From Dehalococcoidia bacterium (GTDB lineage: Bacteria > Chloroflexota > Dehalococcoidia > GIF9 > UBA5629): a stretch of DNA of 32,000 bases. Under the pieces are notes generated by a model. That model saw only the letters and a list, made by a program, of their open reading frames with translations, was not told the DNA's origin and did not search any database. The position numbers and the translations under genes are program-made. How positions within the stretch are numbered: position 1 is the first letter of the stretch; each line of letters begins with the position of its first letter. The DNA lies in contig JBEKIW010000003.1 of NCBI GenBank assembly GCA_050011565.1, positions 133,765 through 165,764 of the forward strand, given 5' to 3'. Below are positions 23,217-31,500 of this stretch, piece after piece.

Positions 23217-23251
23217 AACTTAACAATTTTTTAACATTTGTGTTATAACAT
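23217..23251 (+). promoter_or_regulatory. tandem 11-bp direct repeat plus -10 element (site d) upstream of the response regulator gene
   Basis: AACTTAACAAT TTTTTAACATT tgtgt TATAAC. The alternative reading is a 7-nt spacer followed by TAACAT. The TTAACA cores lie at 23220-23225 and 23231-23236. Confidence 0.5.
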
Positions 23252-23281
23252 TAACAGCGTTGAATAATCAAGAGAGCAAAT

Positions 23282-23977
23282 ATGGCCAGTAAAAGGGTTT
23301 TGGTAGTTGATGACGATGTGAAGACAGTAGAACTGGTCAAACTTTACCTGAGCCGGGATGGCTACAGCGTTATGACTGCCTACGATGGTACTGAGGCTCT
23401 GCGCCTGTCTCGTCAAAGTCACCCCGACCTTATCGTCCTGGACTTAATGCTGCCAGGGACGGATGGCCTTGAGGTCTGCCGTAGTATTAGAAGTGAATCC
23501 GATGTACCAATAATTATGCTTACTGCCAGAACTACGGACGAAGATAAGCTAACCGGTCTGAATTTAGGGGCTGATGATTATGTGTCCAAGCCCTTTAGCC
23601 CGAGGGAGCTGGCAGCCAGAGTCCGGACAGTTCTCAGGCGCTTGCCTGGTGAACGTGGCCCTGCAGAGATTAAGCGGGGCGAACTTGTCCTGAATTTTCT
23701 CAAGCAGGAAGTATCTTTTGCTGGCAAGCCTCTAAATCTTACGCCGGTTGAATTCAAGTTGCTGGGAGTTCTCGTTAGAGAAGCTGGAAGAGTTTTCAGC
23801 CGGGCAGAACTTGTTGAAAAAGCCCTGGGCTACGACTACAGGGGCTTTGACCGTACCATTGATGTGCATATTCTGAACCTGCGTCGGAAACTGGAGCCCG
23901 ACCCCGTACACCCTAAGTACATAAAGACAGCATACGGCGCTGGTTACAGGTTCTCAGAGGTCCAAGGTGATACATAG
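23282..23977 (+). CDS. OmpR/PhoB-family response regulator
   Basis: 231 aa. The receiver domain has VLVVDDD and [10 protein letters not shown] with the phospho-acceptor Asp. The C-terminal winged-helix effector domain has LTPVEFKLL...[13 protein letters not shown]...[12 protein letters not shown]. Confidence 0.93.
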   Translation: MASKRVLVVDDDVKTVELVKLYLSRDGYSVMTAYDGTEALRLSRQSHPDLIVLDLMLPGTDGLEVCRSIRSESDVPIIMLTARTTDEDKLTGLNLGADDYVSKPFSPRELAARVRTVLRRLPGERGPAEIKRGELVLNFLKQEVSFAGKPLNLTPVEFKLLGVLVREAGRVFSRAELVEKALGYDYRGFDRTIDVHILNLRRKLEPDPVHPKYIKTAYGAGYRFSEVQGDT

Positions 23978-25349
23978 TTTACGATTTCGCCTCCTGATGG
24001 CTTTCGCCCTCGTAATACTGGTCGCAGTCGGAGCCATATATTTATTTGTCAGCCATGCCAGCGTGGTTGAAATCGGGCGGTTTGGCGAAAGAAGCGAACA
24101 AGCACGCTTTGGAAGATTAGCCTTCGAGCTAAATCGGTATTACCACGACCATGGGGACTGGGAGGGCATTCAACCCTATGTGGAACAGTGGGGCAGTCTC
24201 TACGGACGACGGATTATACTTACGGACTCCAGTGGGCTAGTAGTAGCAGATTCCCAAAAAGAATTGTTGGGGCAGCAATACTTTCCTGATACACCAGGTA
24301 TGCGCTTCCCGCCACCGCCAGAAGGAGGTCCCGGTACACCAGGCATGAACTCCCCGTCACCGCCGGAAGGAGACAGCGTGGGAACTTTATACATGAGCCC
24401 CGAACCATCAGCGGTTTTCCCTTCACCACTGAGTCTTTCCCAGGCAGTGAGTCATTACCTTCTCTGGGGTGCACTGCTGGCGGCTGCCGTTGCTTTCTTA
24501 ATAACCTATTTTCTGTCCCGGCGAATTTCAGCACCGGTCAAGGCTCTTACCGTTGCTGCCAGACAGATGGGCCAGGGAGACCTGTCTCAGAGGGTACTGT
24601 CTAAGGACAAAGGTGAGCTAGGCGAGCTGGCTCAAGCCTTTAACACCATGGCGGAAAATCTGGAGCGAGGTGAGTTCCTTCGCCGCAATATGATAGCTGA
24701 TATTGCCCACGAGTTGAGAACGCCACTATCCAATCTCAAAGGTTATCTGGAAGCAATGACCGATGGTGTTATAAAGCCAGGTTCAGGCACAATCCGCTCC
24801 CTTGACGAAGAAGCAAACCTCTTATCGCGAATGGTTGACGACCTGCAAGAGTTGAGCCTGGCTGAAGCCGGCGAGCTCAAGCTGGATTGTCAGATACAAG
24901 ATATCACCAAGTTATTAAAACAGACGGTAGCTGTGAGGCAGACTCAGGCGGCGGCAAAAGGAGTATCATTATCCGCTGACCTGCCTAGAAAACTGCCACG
25001 GGTGAAAATTGACACCCATCGTATTAACCAGGTCTTGCTCAATCTTATAGATAACGCCATAACTCACACACCAAAAGGCGGTATCATAACCATAACCGCG
25101 AGGAAGCTTGATCAATGGCTGGAGATCAGCGTGGAAGATACCGGAGAGGGCATTTCTGCTAAGGACTTGCCGAATGTCTTTGAGCGTTTCTACAGGGTGG
25201 ATAAATCGCGAGCCAGGGCAACCGGAGGTGCGGGCCTGGGGCTTGCTATTGCCAAAAGCCTGCTAGAGGCACATGGAGGCAAGATTGAAGTACGGAGCGA
25301 AGAAGGTAAAGGTAGCCGCTTCTCCTTCACGCTACCCGTCGCACCGTAG
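23967..25349 (+). CDS. sensor histidine kinase (2 TM, HAMP, HisKA, HATPase_c)
   Basis: 460 aa. It has the H-box [10 protein letters not shown], the N-box [14 protein letters not shown]1 (DTGEGI) and G2 ([11 protein letters not shown]). It overlaps the RR gene by 11 nt. Confidence 0.92.
   Translation: MIHSLRFRLLMAFALVILVAVGAIYLFVSHASVVEIGRFGERSEQARFGRLAFELNRYYHDHGDWEGIQPYVEQWGSLYGRRIILTDSSGLVVADSQKELLGQQYFPDTPGMRFPPPPEGGPGTPGMNSPSPPEGDSVGTLYMSPEPSAVFPSPLSLSQAVSHYLLWGALLAAAVAFLITYFLSRRISAPVKALTVAARQMGQGDLSQRVLSKDKGELGELAQAFNTMAENLERGEFLRRNMIADIAHELRTPLSNLKGYLEAMTDGVIKPGSGTIRSLDEEANLLSRMVDDLQELSLAEAGELKLDCQIQDITKLLKQTVAVRQTQAAAKGVSLSADLPRKLPRVKIDTHRINQVLLNLIDNAITHTPKGGIITITARKLDQWLEISVEDTGEGISAKDLPNVFERFYRVDKSRARATGGAGLGLAIAKSLLEAHGGKIEVRSEEGKGSRFSFTLPVAP
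24291..24380 (+). repeat. imperfect 2 x 45-bp tandem duplication inside the kinase sensor region
   Basis: Unit 1 is 24291-24335 ([15 protein letters not shown]) and unit 2 is 24336-24380 ([15 protein letters not shown]). The similarity at nucleotide level is visible by eye. Confidence 0.6.
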
Positions 25350-25538
25350 ACAGCCACTTATATAATTTTTGCTCCTGCCGAATCAACTGGCCTGGGGCAT
25401 CGCCATCGACATCATACTCGTCACCCATACCCTCTTCCTGATTTTTAAGACTGGTTTGCACCTAAGCTTGTCCTCCTTCCAGAGGCAAGGAAAAGCTTAA
25501 AAAATCATAACATTTGCCAAAATTAAACCAAAAGGGTA

Positions 25539-25567
25539 TTGACAAGGTCTATTTGGTATGTTATCAT
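25539..25567 (+). promoter_or_regulatory. candidate promoter of the ferredoxin-hisH-glutamate synthase operon
   Basis: TTGACA (25539-25544), a 17-nt spacer, then TATCAT (25562-25567). It lies about 50 nt upstream of the ATG at 25619. A small hairpin CGGCAA-ccgc-TTGCCG sits in the 5' UTR. Confidence 0.6.
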
Positions 25568-25618
25568 ATGGTATACGGCAACCGCTTGCCGCTTACCACA
25601 TAATTAAAGAAGGAAGAA

Positions 25619-26071
25619 ATGATGAAGAGAGTCTATGTGCAAGAGGAAATCTGCATGGGCTGCGGCCTCTGCCGGGTTTACTGCCAGACAGAGCATTCCA
25701 GAACTAAAGATATAATCAAAGCCTTTAAGAAAGAGAGCCCGCGTTCGGTGCCCCGTATTCGCGTAGAAAGAAAAGGTGAAATTTCCTTCTCCCTTCAGTG
25801 CCGGCATTGCGACGAGCCGTGGTGCGTTTACTCCTGTCTAACAGGGGCGATGCAAAAGGACCCGACAACAGGTATAGTTACCGTCGATACCCAAAAGTGT
25901 ATGGGCTGTTGGACATGTATACTAGCTTGCCCTAGCGGAGCATTGACCAGAGACAATGGTGAAAAAGTTGTCGCCAAGTGTGACCTGTGCCCCGGACGTG
26001 ATGTGCCGGCTTGCGTGGCTAACTGCCCGAATGAAGCACTGGTATTTATAGAAGATGGTGTAGGTAAATAA
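25619..26071 (+). CDS. 4Fe-4S multi-cluster ferredoxin-domain protein (electron-transfer subunit)
   Basis: 150 aa with four Cys clusters (CMGCGLCRVYC, CRHCDEPWCVYSC, CMGCWTCILACP, CDLC...PACVANCP). Confidence 0.85.
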   Translation: MMKRVYVQEEICMGCGLCRVYCQTEHSRTKDIIKAFKKESPRSVPRIRVERKGEISFSLQCRHCDEPWCVYSCLTGAMQKDPTTGIVTVDTQKCMGCWTCILACPSGALTRDNGEKVVAKCDLCPGRDVPACVANCPNEALVFIEDGVGK

Positions 26072-26088
26072 CTTGCAGGGATAAAGAG

Positions 26089-26715
26089 TTGAAAAAAAAG
26101 ATTGCTATAGTTGACTATGGTGCCGGCAACCTGGGCAGCGTGGCTAATGCCATTGTCAAACTCGGTTATGAGCCAAATGTTACCGGCAAGCCGTCGGAAG
26201 TGCTCAGCGCTGCAGCAGTTATACTGCCCGGCGTCGGCGCGGCAGGTGACGCCATGGAAAATCTAAAGGTAATAGGTATGGCTGATGTGATTCGCCAACT
26301 GATTGAAGCCAGACGACCTCTGTTCGCTGTCTGTGTCGGACTGCAACTCCTCTTTTCCGGCACCGAGGAGGGTGGCTGGCATGAATGTTTAAACGTGATT
26401 CCCGGTACCGTAAAGAGATTACCTGCGGGCCTCAAGGTTCCTCATATGGGTTGGAATCAAGTCAAGCAGATAGTCGGGCATAAGGTCTTCGATGCTATAC
26501 CGGATGAAGCTAATTTCTATTTCGTTCACAGCTATTATGTCGACCCGGAGGATAAGTCGGTTATAGCCGGCACCACAGATTACGGGATATCTCTTAGCAG
26601 CGTGATTATCAAAGACAATCTGATAGCGACCCAGTTTCACCCGGAAAAAAGCGGCAACTGGGGTTTAAAGATGTATTCTAATTTTTTGAAAAAGGCACTG
26701 GGCCGGGAAGGATGA
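26089..26715 (+). CDS. hisH: imidazole glycerol phosphate synthase, glutamine amidotransferase subunit
   Basis: 208 aa, TTG start. It has IAIVDYGAGNLGSV, the catalytic Cys in FAVCVGLQLL, VPHMGWN, and QFHPEKSG. Confidence 0.9.
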   Translation: MKKKIAIVDYGAGNLGSVANAIVKLGYEPNVTGKPSEVLSAAAVILPGVGAAGDAMENLKVIGMADVIRQLIEARRPLFAVCVGLQLLFSGTEEGGWHECLNVIPGTVKRLPAGLKVPHMGWNQVKQIVGHKVFDAIPDEANFYFVHSYYVDPEDKSVIAGTTDYGISLSSVIIKDNLIATQFHPEKSGNWGLKMYSNFLKKALGREG

Positions 26716-26716
26716 T

Positions 26717-28015
26717 ATGGCAACTAAAAAAGCTCTCAGAACTGAATATCTAATCATAGGCAACTCAGCCGGCGGCATCGGAGCTGCTGAAGCAATACGT
26801 GAGACTGACAAGAAGAATTCCATAACCATAGTCTCCGATGAACCGTACCCAGCATATTCCCGTCCGCTTATCTCTGAATATCTGGCTTGCGAGCGGACCG
26901 TTGAGGAGATGCTTTTCCGTCCTGCTGATTTCTACAAACAAAATAATATCGACCTTATGCCGGGCAAGAGCGTAAAAAGCCTGGACTTGCCCCGACGGCT
27001 TGTGGAACTGAACAGTGGCGAAAAAATCTCATGGCACAAGCTATTACTCTCCACCGGCGGCATACCTATCGTCCCGAAGATGAAGGGAATAAATAAAAAA
27101 GGCGTATTTAAGTTCCTGACGCTCGACGATGCCAAGGCAATTGATAAATTCTTGAAGGATTATAGTCGCGCTGTGGTTATAGGCGGTGGTCTTATCGGCG
27201 TGAGTGTCAGCGAAGCTCTGACGAAACGCGGTGTGTCAGTCACCATAATAGAAATGAAAGACAGGGTGTTGAATACCATACTTGATGAACGTGCATCTGC
27301 AATAGCCGAAGAAATGCTCACCGAAGCCGGCATCAGGGTCATTGTCAACAACACGGTTTCGGAAGTTATCGGGGAAAATACTGTCGAGGGCGTCGTCCTG
27401 GACAGCGGTGAGACAATACCGTGTGACCTGGTGGTCATAGCTATAGGCGTTTTGCCACGGACTGAACTTGTGCAAGGTACTAAAATAAAAGTGAATCGCG
27501 GCATTGTAGTTGACCGATACATGGCCACCAGTTTTCCGGATGTTTACTCCTGCGGAGATGTCGCTGAAGCTTACGATTTCGTTTTGGATACAAACCGGCT
27601 GACACCTATCTGGCCAAATGCTTATATCGGCGGCAGAGTGGCCGGCTGTAACATGACCGGTGTCAAAAAAGAATATCTCGGCGGCACGGCTATGAATTCA
27701 ATCAACTATTTCGGCCTCGATATAACCACAGCCGGAATTGTAAATCCTCCTGACGTCAACAACTACGAGGTCATAACCAGGAACCAGGATGGCGTCTATC
27801 AGAAGGTGATGTTAAGCGATGGGCTTATTGTGGGTATGGTCTTTGTTAAGGATATTGAGAAGTCGGGTATGATTTTTGGCTTAATGAGAGACAAGGTGAA
27901 TGTCAGCGACTTTAAGGACGCACTTCTGGCTGACGACTTTGGGCTGGCATATCTGCCCCAGGAGCTATTGCGGGAGCGTTTAGGAAATGTGTCTCTGCTG
28001 GTGGCTAAACATTAA
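26717..28015 (+). CDS. FAD/NAD(P)-dependent pyridine nucleotide-disulfide-type oxidoreductase (probable NAD(P)H-oxidising partner of the split glutamate synthase)
   Basis: 432 aa. It has two dinucleotide folds (IIGNSAGGIGAAEA and VVIGGGLIGVSVSEA) and the GD motif CGDVAE. Confidence 0.85.
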   Translation: MATKKALRTEYLIIGNSAGGIGAAEAIRETDKKNSITIVSDEPYPAYSRPLISEYLACERTVEEMLFRPADFYKQNNIDLMPGKSVKSLDLPRRLVELNSGEKISWHKLLLSTGGIPIVPKMKGINKKGVFKFLTLDDAKAIDKFLKDYSRAVVIGGGLIGVSVSEALTKRGVSVTIIEMKDRVLNTILDERASAIAEEMLTEAGIRVIVNNTVSEVIGENTVEGVVLDSGETIPCDLVVIAIGVLPRTELVQGTKIKVNRGIVVDRYMATSFPDVYSCGDVAEAYDFVLDTNRLTPIWPNAYIGGRVAGCNMTGVKKEYLGGTAMNSINYFGLDITTAGIVNPPDVNNYEVITRNQDGVYQKVMLSDGLIVGMVFVKDIEKSGMIFGLMRDKVNVSDFKDALLADDFGLAYLPQELLRERLGNVSLLVAKH

Positions 28016-28031
28016 ATCCTGGAGTATTTAG

Positions 28032-29180
28032 ATGAAAGATATTATGCAAATTAATAATCCCCACCTTGACGACAAAGTAATCGATGCCTGCTCTATCTTT
28101 GGAATGATGGACACCACGGGTAAGTGTTTTTCGGGTAAGGACATAATTAAGGCCATCGCCAATATGCATGTCCGCGGCAACGGACTTGGCGGCGGTTTTG
28201 CCGTTTACGGACTGTACCCGGAATATGCTGACCTGTACGCTTTCCACATAATGTATTTAAGCCGCGAAGGGAAGACGGAAACAGAGGAGTTTCTGAAGCA
28301 GAAGTTTAATATAGTTCGCGACGGCGTAGTGCCAACCCGACCGATAGCAGCTATAACGAATCCGCCTTTAGTCTGGCGTTACTTCGTGGAAGTGAATCGT
28401 CGTGAATCCAAGGGGCAGTCGGACGATGATTATGTAGTAGCCAGGGTCATGGACATCAATACCGATATCAAAGACACGTTTGTCTTCTCCAGCGGAAAAA
28501 ATATGGGTGTATTTAAAGGCGTGGGTTACCCCGAGGAGATTGGCGAATACTTCTGCCTGGAAAACTACCAAGGTTATTTGTGGACGGCACATGGCAGGTT
28601 CCCAACCAATACCCCCGGTTGGTGGGGTGGCGCACATCCGTTTAATATCCTGGACTGGACGGTAGTACACAACGGCGAGATATCATCATACGGGATAAAC
28701 CGTCGATATTTGGAGCAATTCGGCTACCGTTGCACTCTTCAGACTGATACCGAGGTGGTAGCTTATGCCGTCGACCTGCTGATAAGGAAACACGGCCTTC
28801 CTATTGAGGTGGTAGCCAAGATACTGGCGCCTCCTTTCTGGAATGATATAGAGCGCCGGCCTGCTGAGGAGCAGGAACTTCTCCGAGCCTTGCGTCAAGT
28901 ATATGGCAGCCTTCTCTTAAATGGGCCGTTCACCATAATCATTGCTCATCAGGGTGAAATGATCGGGCTTACCGATAGGATAAGGTTGCGCCCCCTAACC
29001 GCTGGAATAAAAGACCAGATACTTTATCTGTCTTCGGAGGAATCGGCGATCCGCCTGATTTGCCCCGAATTAGATGAAGCCTGGATACCGGTAGGCGGCG
29101 AACCGATAGTTGGTAGCCTGGACAAACCACTTCGACGACAGAGCATTTCAGTGACAGAAAAGATGGCGGGAGCCAAATAG
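28032..29180 (+). CDS. class II (Ntn) glutamine amidotransferase, glutamate synthase domain 1-like
   Basis: 382 aa. CSIFGMM begins at residue 20. [19 protein letters not shown]...[11 protein letters not shown] resembles the GltS amidotransferase core (RFSTNT...HNGEINT). Confidence 0.85.
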   Translation: MKDIMQINNPHLDDKVIDACSIFGMMDTTGKCFSGKDIIKAIANMHVRGNGLGGGFAVYGLYPEYADLYAFHIMYLSREGKTETEEFLKQKFNIVRDGVVPTRPIAAITNPPLVWRYFVEVNRRESKGQSDDDYVVARVMDINTDIKDTFVFSSGKNMGVFKGVGYPEEIGEYFCLENYQGYLWTAHGRFPTNTPGWWGGAHPFNILDWTVVHNGEISSYGINRRYLEQFGYRCTLQTDTEVVAYAVDLLIRKHGLPIEVVAKILAPPFWNDIERRPAEEQELLRALRQVYGSLLLNGPFTIIIAHQGEMIGLTDRIRLRPLTAGIKDQILYLSSEESAIRLICPELDEAWIPVGGEPIVGSLDKPLRRQSISVTEKMAGAK

Positions 29181-29205
29181 AATTGTTAAAAAGGGGTTTA
29201 AGCTG

Positions 29206-29979
29206 ATGTTGACTAAGAGGATTATACCCTGTCTCGATGTAACTCAAGGGCGAGTGGTAAAGGGCACGAGCTTTACCGACCTCCGCGATGCCGGTGACCC
29301 CGTTGAGCTTGCCGCATTTTATTATCAGGAAGGCGCCGATGAGCTGGTCTTTTTAGATATCGGCGCTACGCCTGAGGGGCGCGATACCATGGTGGATATA
29401 GTTGAACGCGTATCAAAACAGGTCTTTATTCCGCTTACCGTCGGTGGCGGGCTGCGAAGCATCGAGGATATTAGACGTATGCTCAAGGCGGGTGCTGACA
29501 AAATAAGCATAAACACGGCTGCCGTCCTTAATCCCGAGCTTATTAAAGAGGGTGCACTTAAGTTTGGCTCTCAATGTATCGTTATCGCTATTGATGCCAA
29601 GCGGAACAATGGGAGCGGTGAATTTAAATGGGAGATATGCACTCACGGCGGACAGAGGCCGACGGGCATCGATGCCATTGCCTGGGCGAAGAAAGCCGCT
29701 GGACTTGGGGCCGGCGAGGTTCTACTTACCAGTTGGGATGCCGATGGTCAACGTACAGGTTATGATTTGGAGTTGACTCGTACTATCGGAGATGCAGTGA
29801 CGATACCGATTATCGCCAGTGGTGGCGCCGGAAATCTGGAGCATCTGTATGAGGCACTTGTGCTGGGCAAGGCTGATGCTGTTCTTGCCGCCAGCATCTT
29901 TCACTACCGGACTTATTCCATACGCCAAGCCAAAGCTTATCTGGGAGAAAGAGGTATCCCGGTAAGAACTGAACAATAA
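29206..29979 (+). CDS. hisF: imidazole glycerol phosphate synthase, cyclase subunit
   Basis: 257 aa. It has RIIPCLDV (the catalytic Asp), [15 protein letters not shown] and IIASGGAG, which are canonical for HisF. Confidence 0.93.
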   Translation: MLTKRIIPCLDVTQGRVVKGTSFTDLRDAGDPVELAAFYYQEGADELVFLDIGATPEGRDTMVDIVERVSKQVFIPLTVGGGLRSIEDIRRMLKAGADKISINTAAVLNPELIKEGALKFGSQCIVIAIDAKRNNGSGEFKWEICTHGGQRPTGIDAIAWAKKAAGLGAGEVLLTSWDADGQRTGYDLELTRTIGDAVTIPIIASGGAGNLEHLYEALVLGKADAVLAASIFHYRTYSIRQAKAYLGERGIPVRTEQ

Positions 29980-29993
29980 CAGGGAGAACATAG

Positions 29994-31499
29994 ATGAAGA
30001 CTTATTTACCGCCAAAGTTTTTAATAGAAAGGGACCAGGCACGGTGTATCCAGTGCCAGGTTTGTTGCAATCAATGCAGCTTTGATGTGCACTACTACGA
30101 TGCCGAGGACGTCGAGGTAAGAAGCCGTGAGGAAAACTGCGTTGGCTGCCATCGCTGCACGGTATTTTGCCCGACGAATGCCGTCAATATTCGAAGAAAC
30201 CCGCTCGAATACAGGGAAAACTATAACTGGCGTCCTGAGGTAATCGAAGACATTATCAAACAGGCTGAGACCGGCGGCGTGTTACTTACCGGCATGGGCA
30301 ATGATAAAAGCCAGCGCATTTACTGGGACCATCTGGTTTTGAACGCCAGCCAGGTGACAAACCCTTCAATTGACCCTCTCCGGGAGCCTATGGAGCTAAC
30401 CACCTATCTGGGTCGTAAACCGGATATCGTTGAAATAGACCTGAGTTCCATGCGCTTGAAGACAAAAATGGCGCCTCAAGTAAGAATCGATATCCCGGTG
30501 ATGTTCACAGCCATGTCCTATGGTGCGGTAAGCATCAATGTCCAGGAGTCTTTGGCTCGAGCGGCTACCGAGGCTGGTACTTTGTGGAATACCGGTGAAG
30601 GCGGCCTTCATCCCAGGCTATACAAGTACGGTAATAACACCATCGTCCAGGTAGCTTCGGGAAGGTTCGGAGTACATCAGGAATATCTGGATGCTGCCAG
30701 AGTAATTGAAATCAAGATCGGGCAGGGAGCCAAGCCCGGCATCGGCGGACATCTCCCCGGAGAAAAAGTCAGCGCCGATGTATCCAAGACCAGAATGATT
30801 CCCCAGGGAACGGACGCCCTGTCACCGGCACCGCAGCATGATATCTACTCCATAGAGGACCTGGCTCAGCTGGTCTATGCTTTGAAGGAAGCTACCAACT
30901 ATACCAAGCCGGTATCGGTGAAAATAGCTGCCGTCCATAATTCGGCAGCTATCGCCAGCGGCATGGTCAGAGCCGGAGCCGACATTATAGTCCTTGATGG
31001 GCTGCGAGGTTCTACCGGGGCTGCTCCCAAAATCATTCGCGACAATGTTGGTATTCCCATCGAGATGGCACTGGCCTCACTGGATACACGATTGAGGCAA
31101 GAAGGCATTCGAAATCAAGCATCAGTGGTCATTGCCGGCGGCATCAGGAATAGCGGTGACGTGGCTAAAGCCATAGCCCTCGGCGCCGACGCTGTTTATA
31201 TCGGCACGGCGGCTCTAATGGCTCTCGGTTGTACCTGTTGCCAGCAGTGCCATACCGGCAAATGTGCCTGGGGAATTTGCACCAGCGACCTGGCGCTAAC
31301 CAAGAGAATCAATCCGGACATTGGCGCTAGACGTCTGGCAAACCTTCTCCGCGGCTGGAGCATCGAGCTGAAGGACATACTCGGCGGCATGGGCATTAAT
31401 GCCATAGAAAGCCTGCGGGGTAACAGGCTGGCATTGAGAGGTATTGGGCTCAGCGATACCGAGCTGGATATCTTAGGTGTAAGGATGGCAGGAGGCTAA
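29994..31499 (+). CDS. glutamate synthase FMN-binding domain (domain 2) fused to an N-terminal 2x[4Fe-4S] ferredoxin module
   Basis: 501 aa. It has CIQCQVCCNQC and CVGCHRCTVFCP, KIGQGAKPGIGGHLPGEKV (the GltS signature) and the Cys cluster LGCTCCQQCHTGKCAWG. Confidence 0.9.
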   Translation: MKTYLPPKFLIERDQARCIQCQVCCNQCSFDVHYYDAEDVEVRSREENCVGCHRCTVFCPTNAVNIRRNPLEYRENYNWRPEVIEDIIKQAETGGVLLTGMGNDKSQRIYWDHLVLNASQVTNPSIDPLREPMELTTYLGRKPDIVEIDLSSMRLKTKMAPQVRIDIPVMFTAMSYGAVSINVQESLARAATEAGTLWNTGEGGLHPRLYKYGNNTIVQVASGRFGVHQEYLDAARVIEIKIGQGAKPGIGGHLPGEKVSADVSKTRMIPQGTDALSPAPQHDIYSIEDLAQLVYALKEATNYTKPVSVKIAAVHNSAAIASGMVRAGADIIVLDGLRGSTGAAPKIIRDNVGIPIEMALASLDTRLRQEGIRNQASVVIAGGIRNSGDVAKAIALGADAVYIGTAALMALGCTCCQQCHTGKCAWGICTSDLALTKRINPDIGARRLANLLRGWSIELKDILGGMGINAIESLRGNRLALRGIGLSDTELDILGVRMAGG

Positions 31500-31500
31500 A

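Noticed and set aside
25347-25478. Small minus-strand ORF (about 43 codons from a GTG preceded by AAGGAGG; VQTSLKNQEEGMGDEYDVDGDAPGQL...) downstream of the kinase gene
   Set aside because: It is short and acidic low-complexity. It overlaps the HK 3' end. No promoter or terminator is visible, and it cannot be supported without conservation or expression data.
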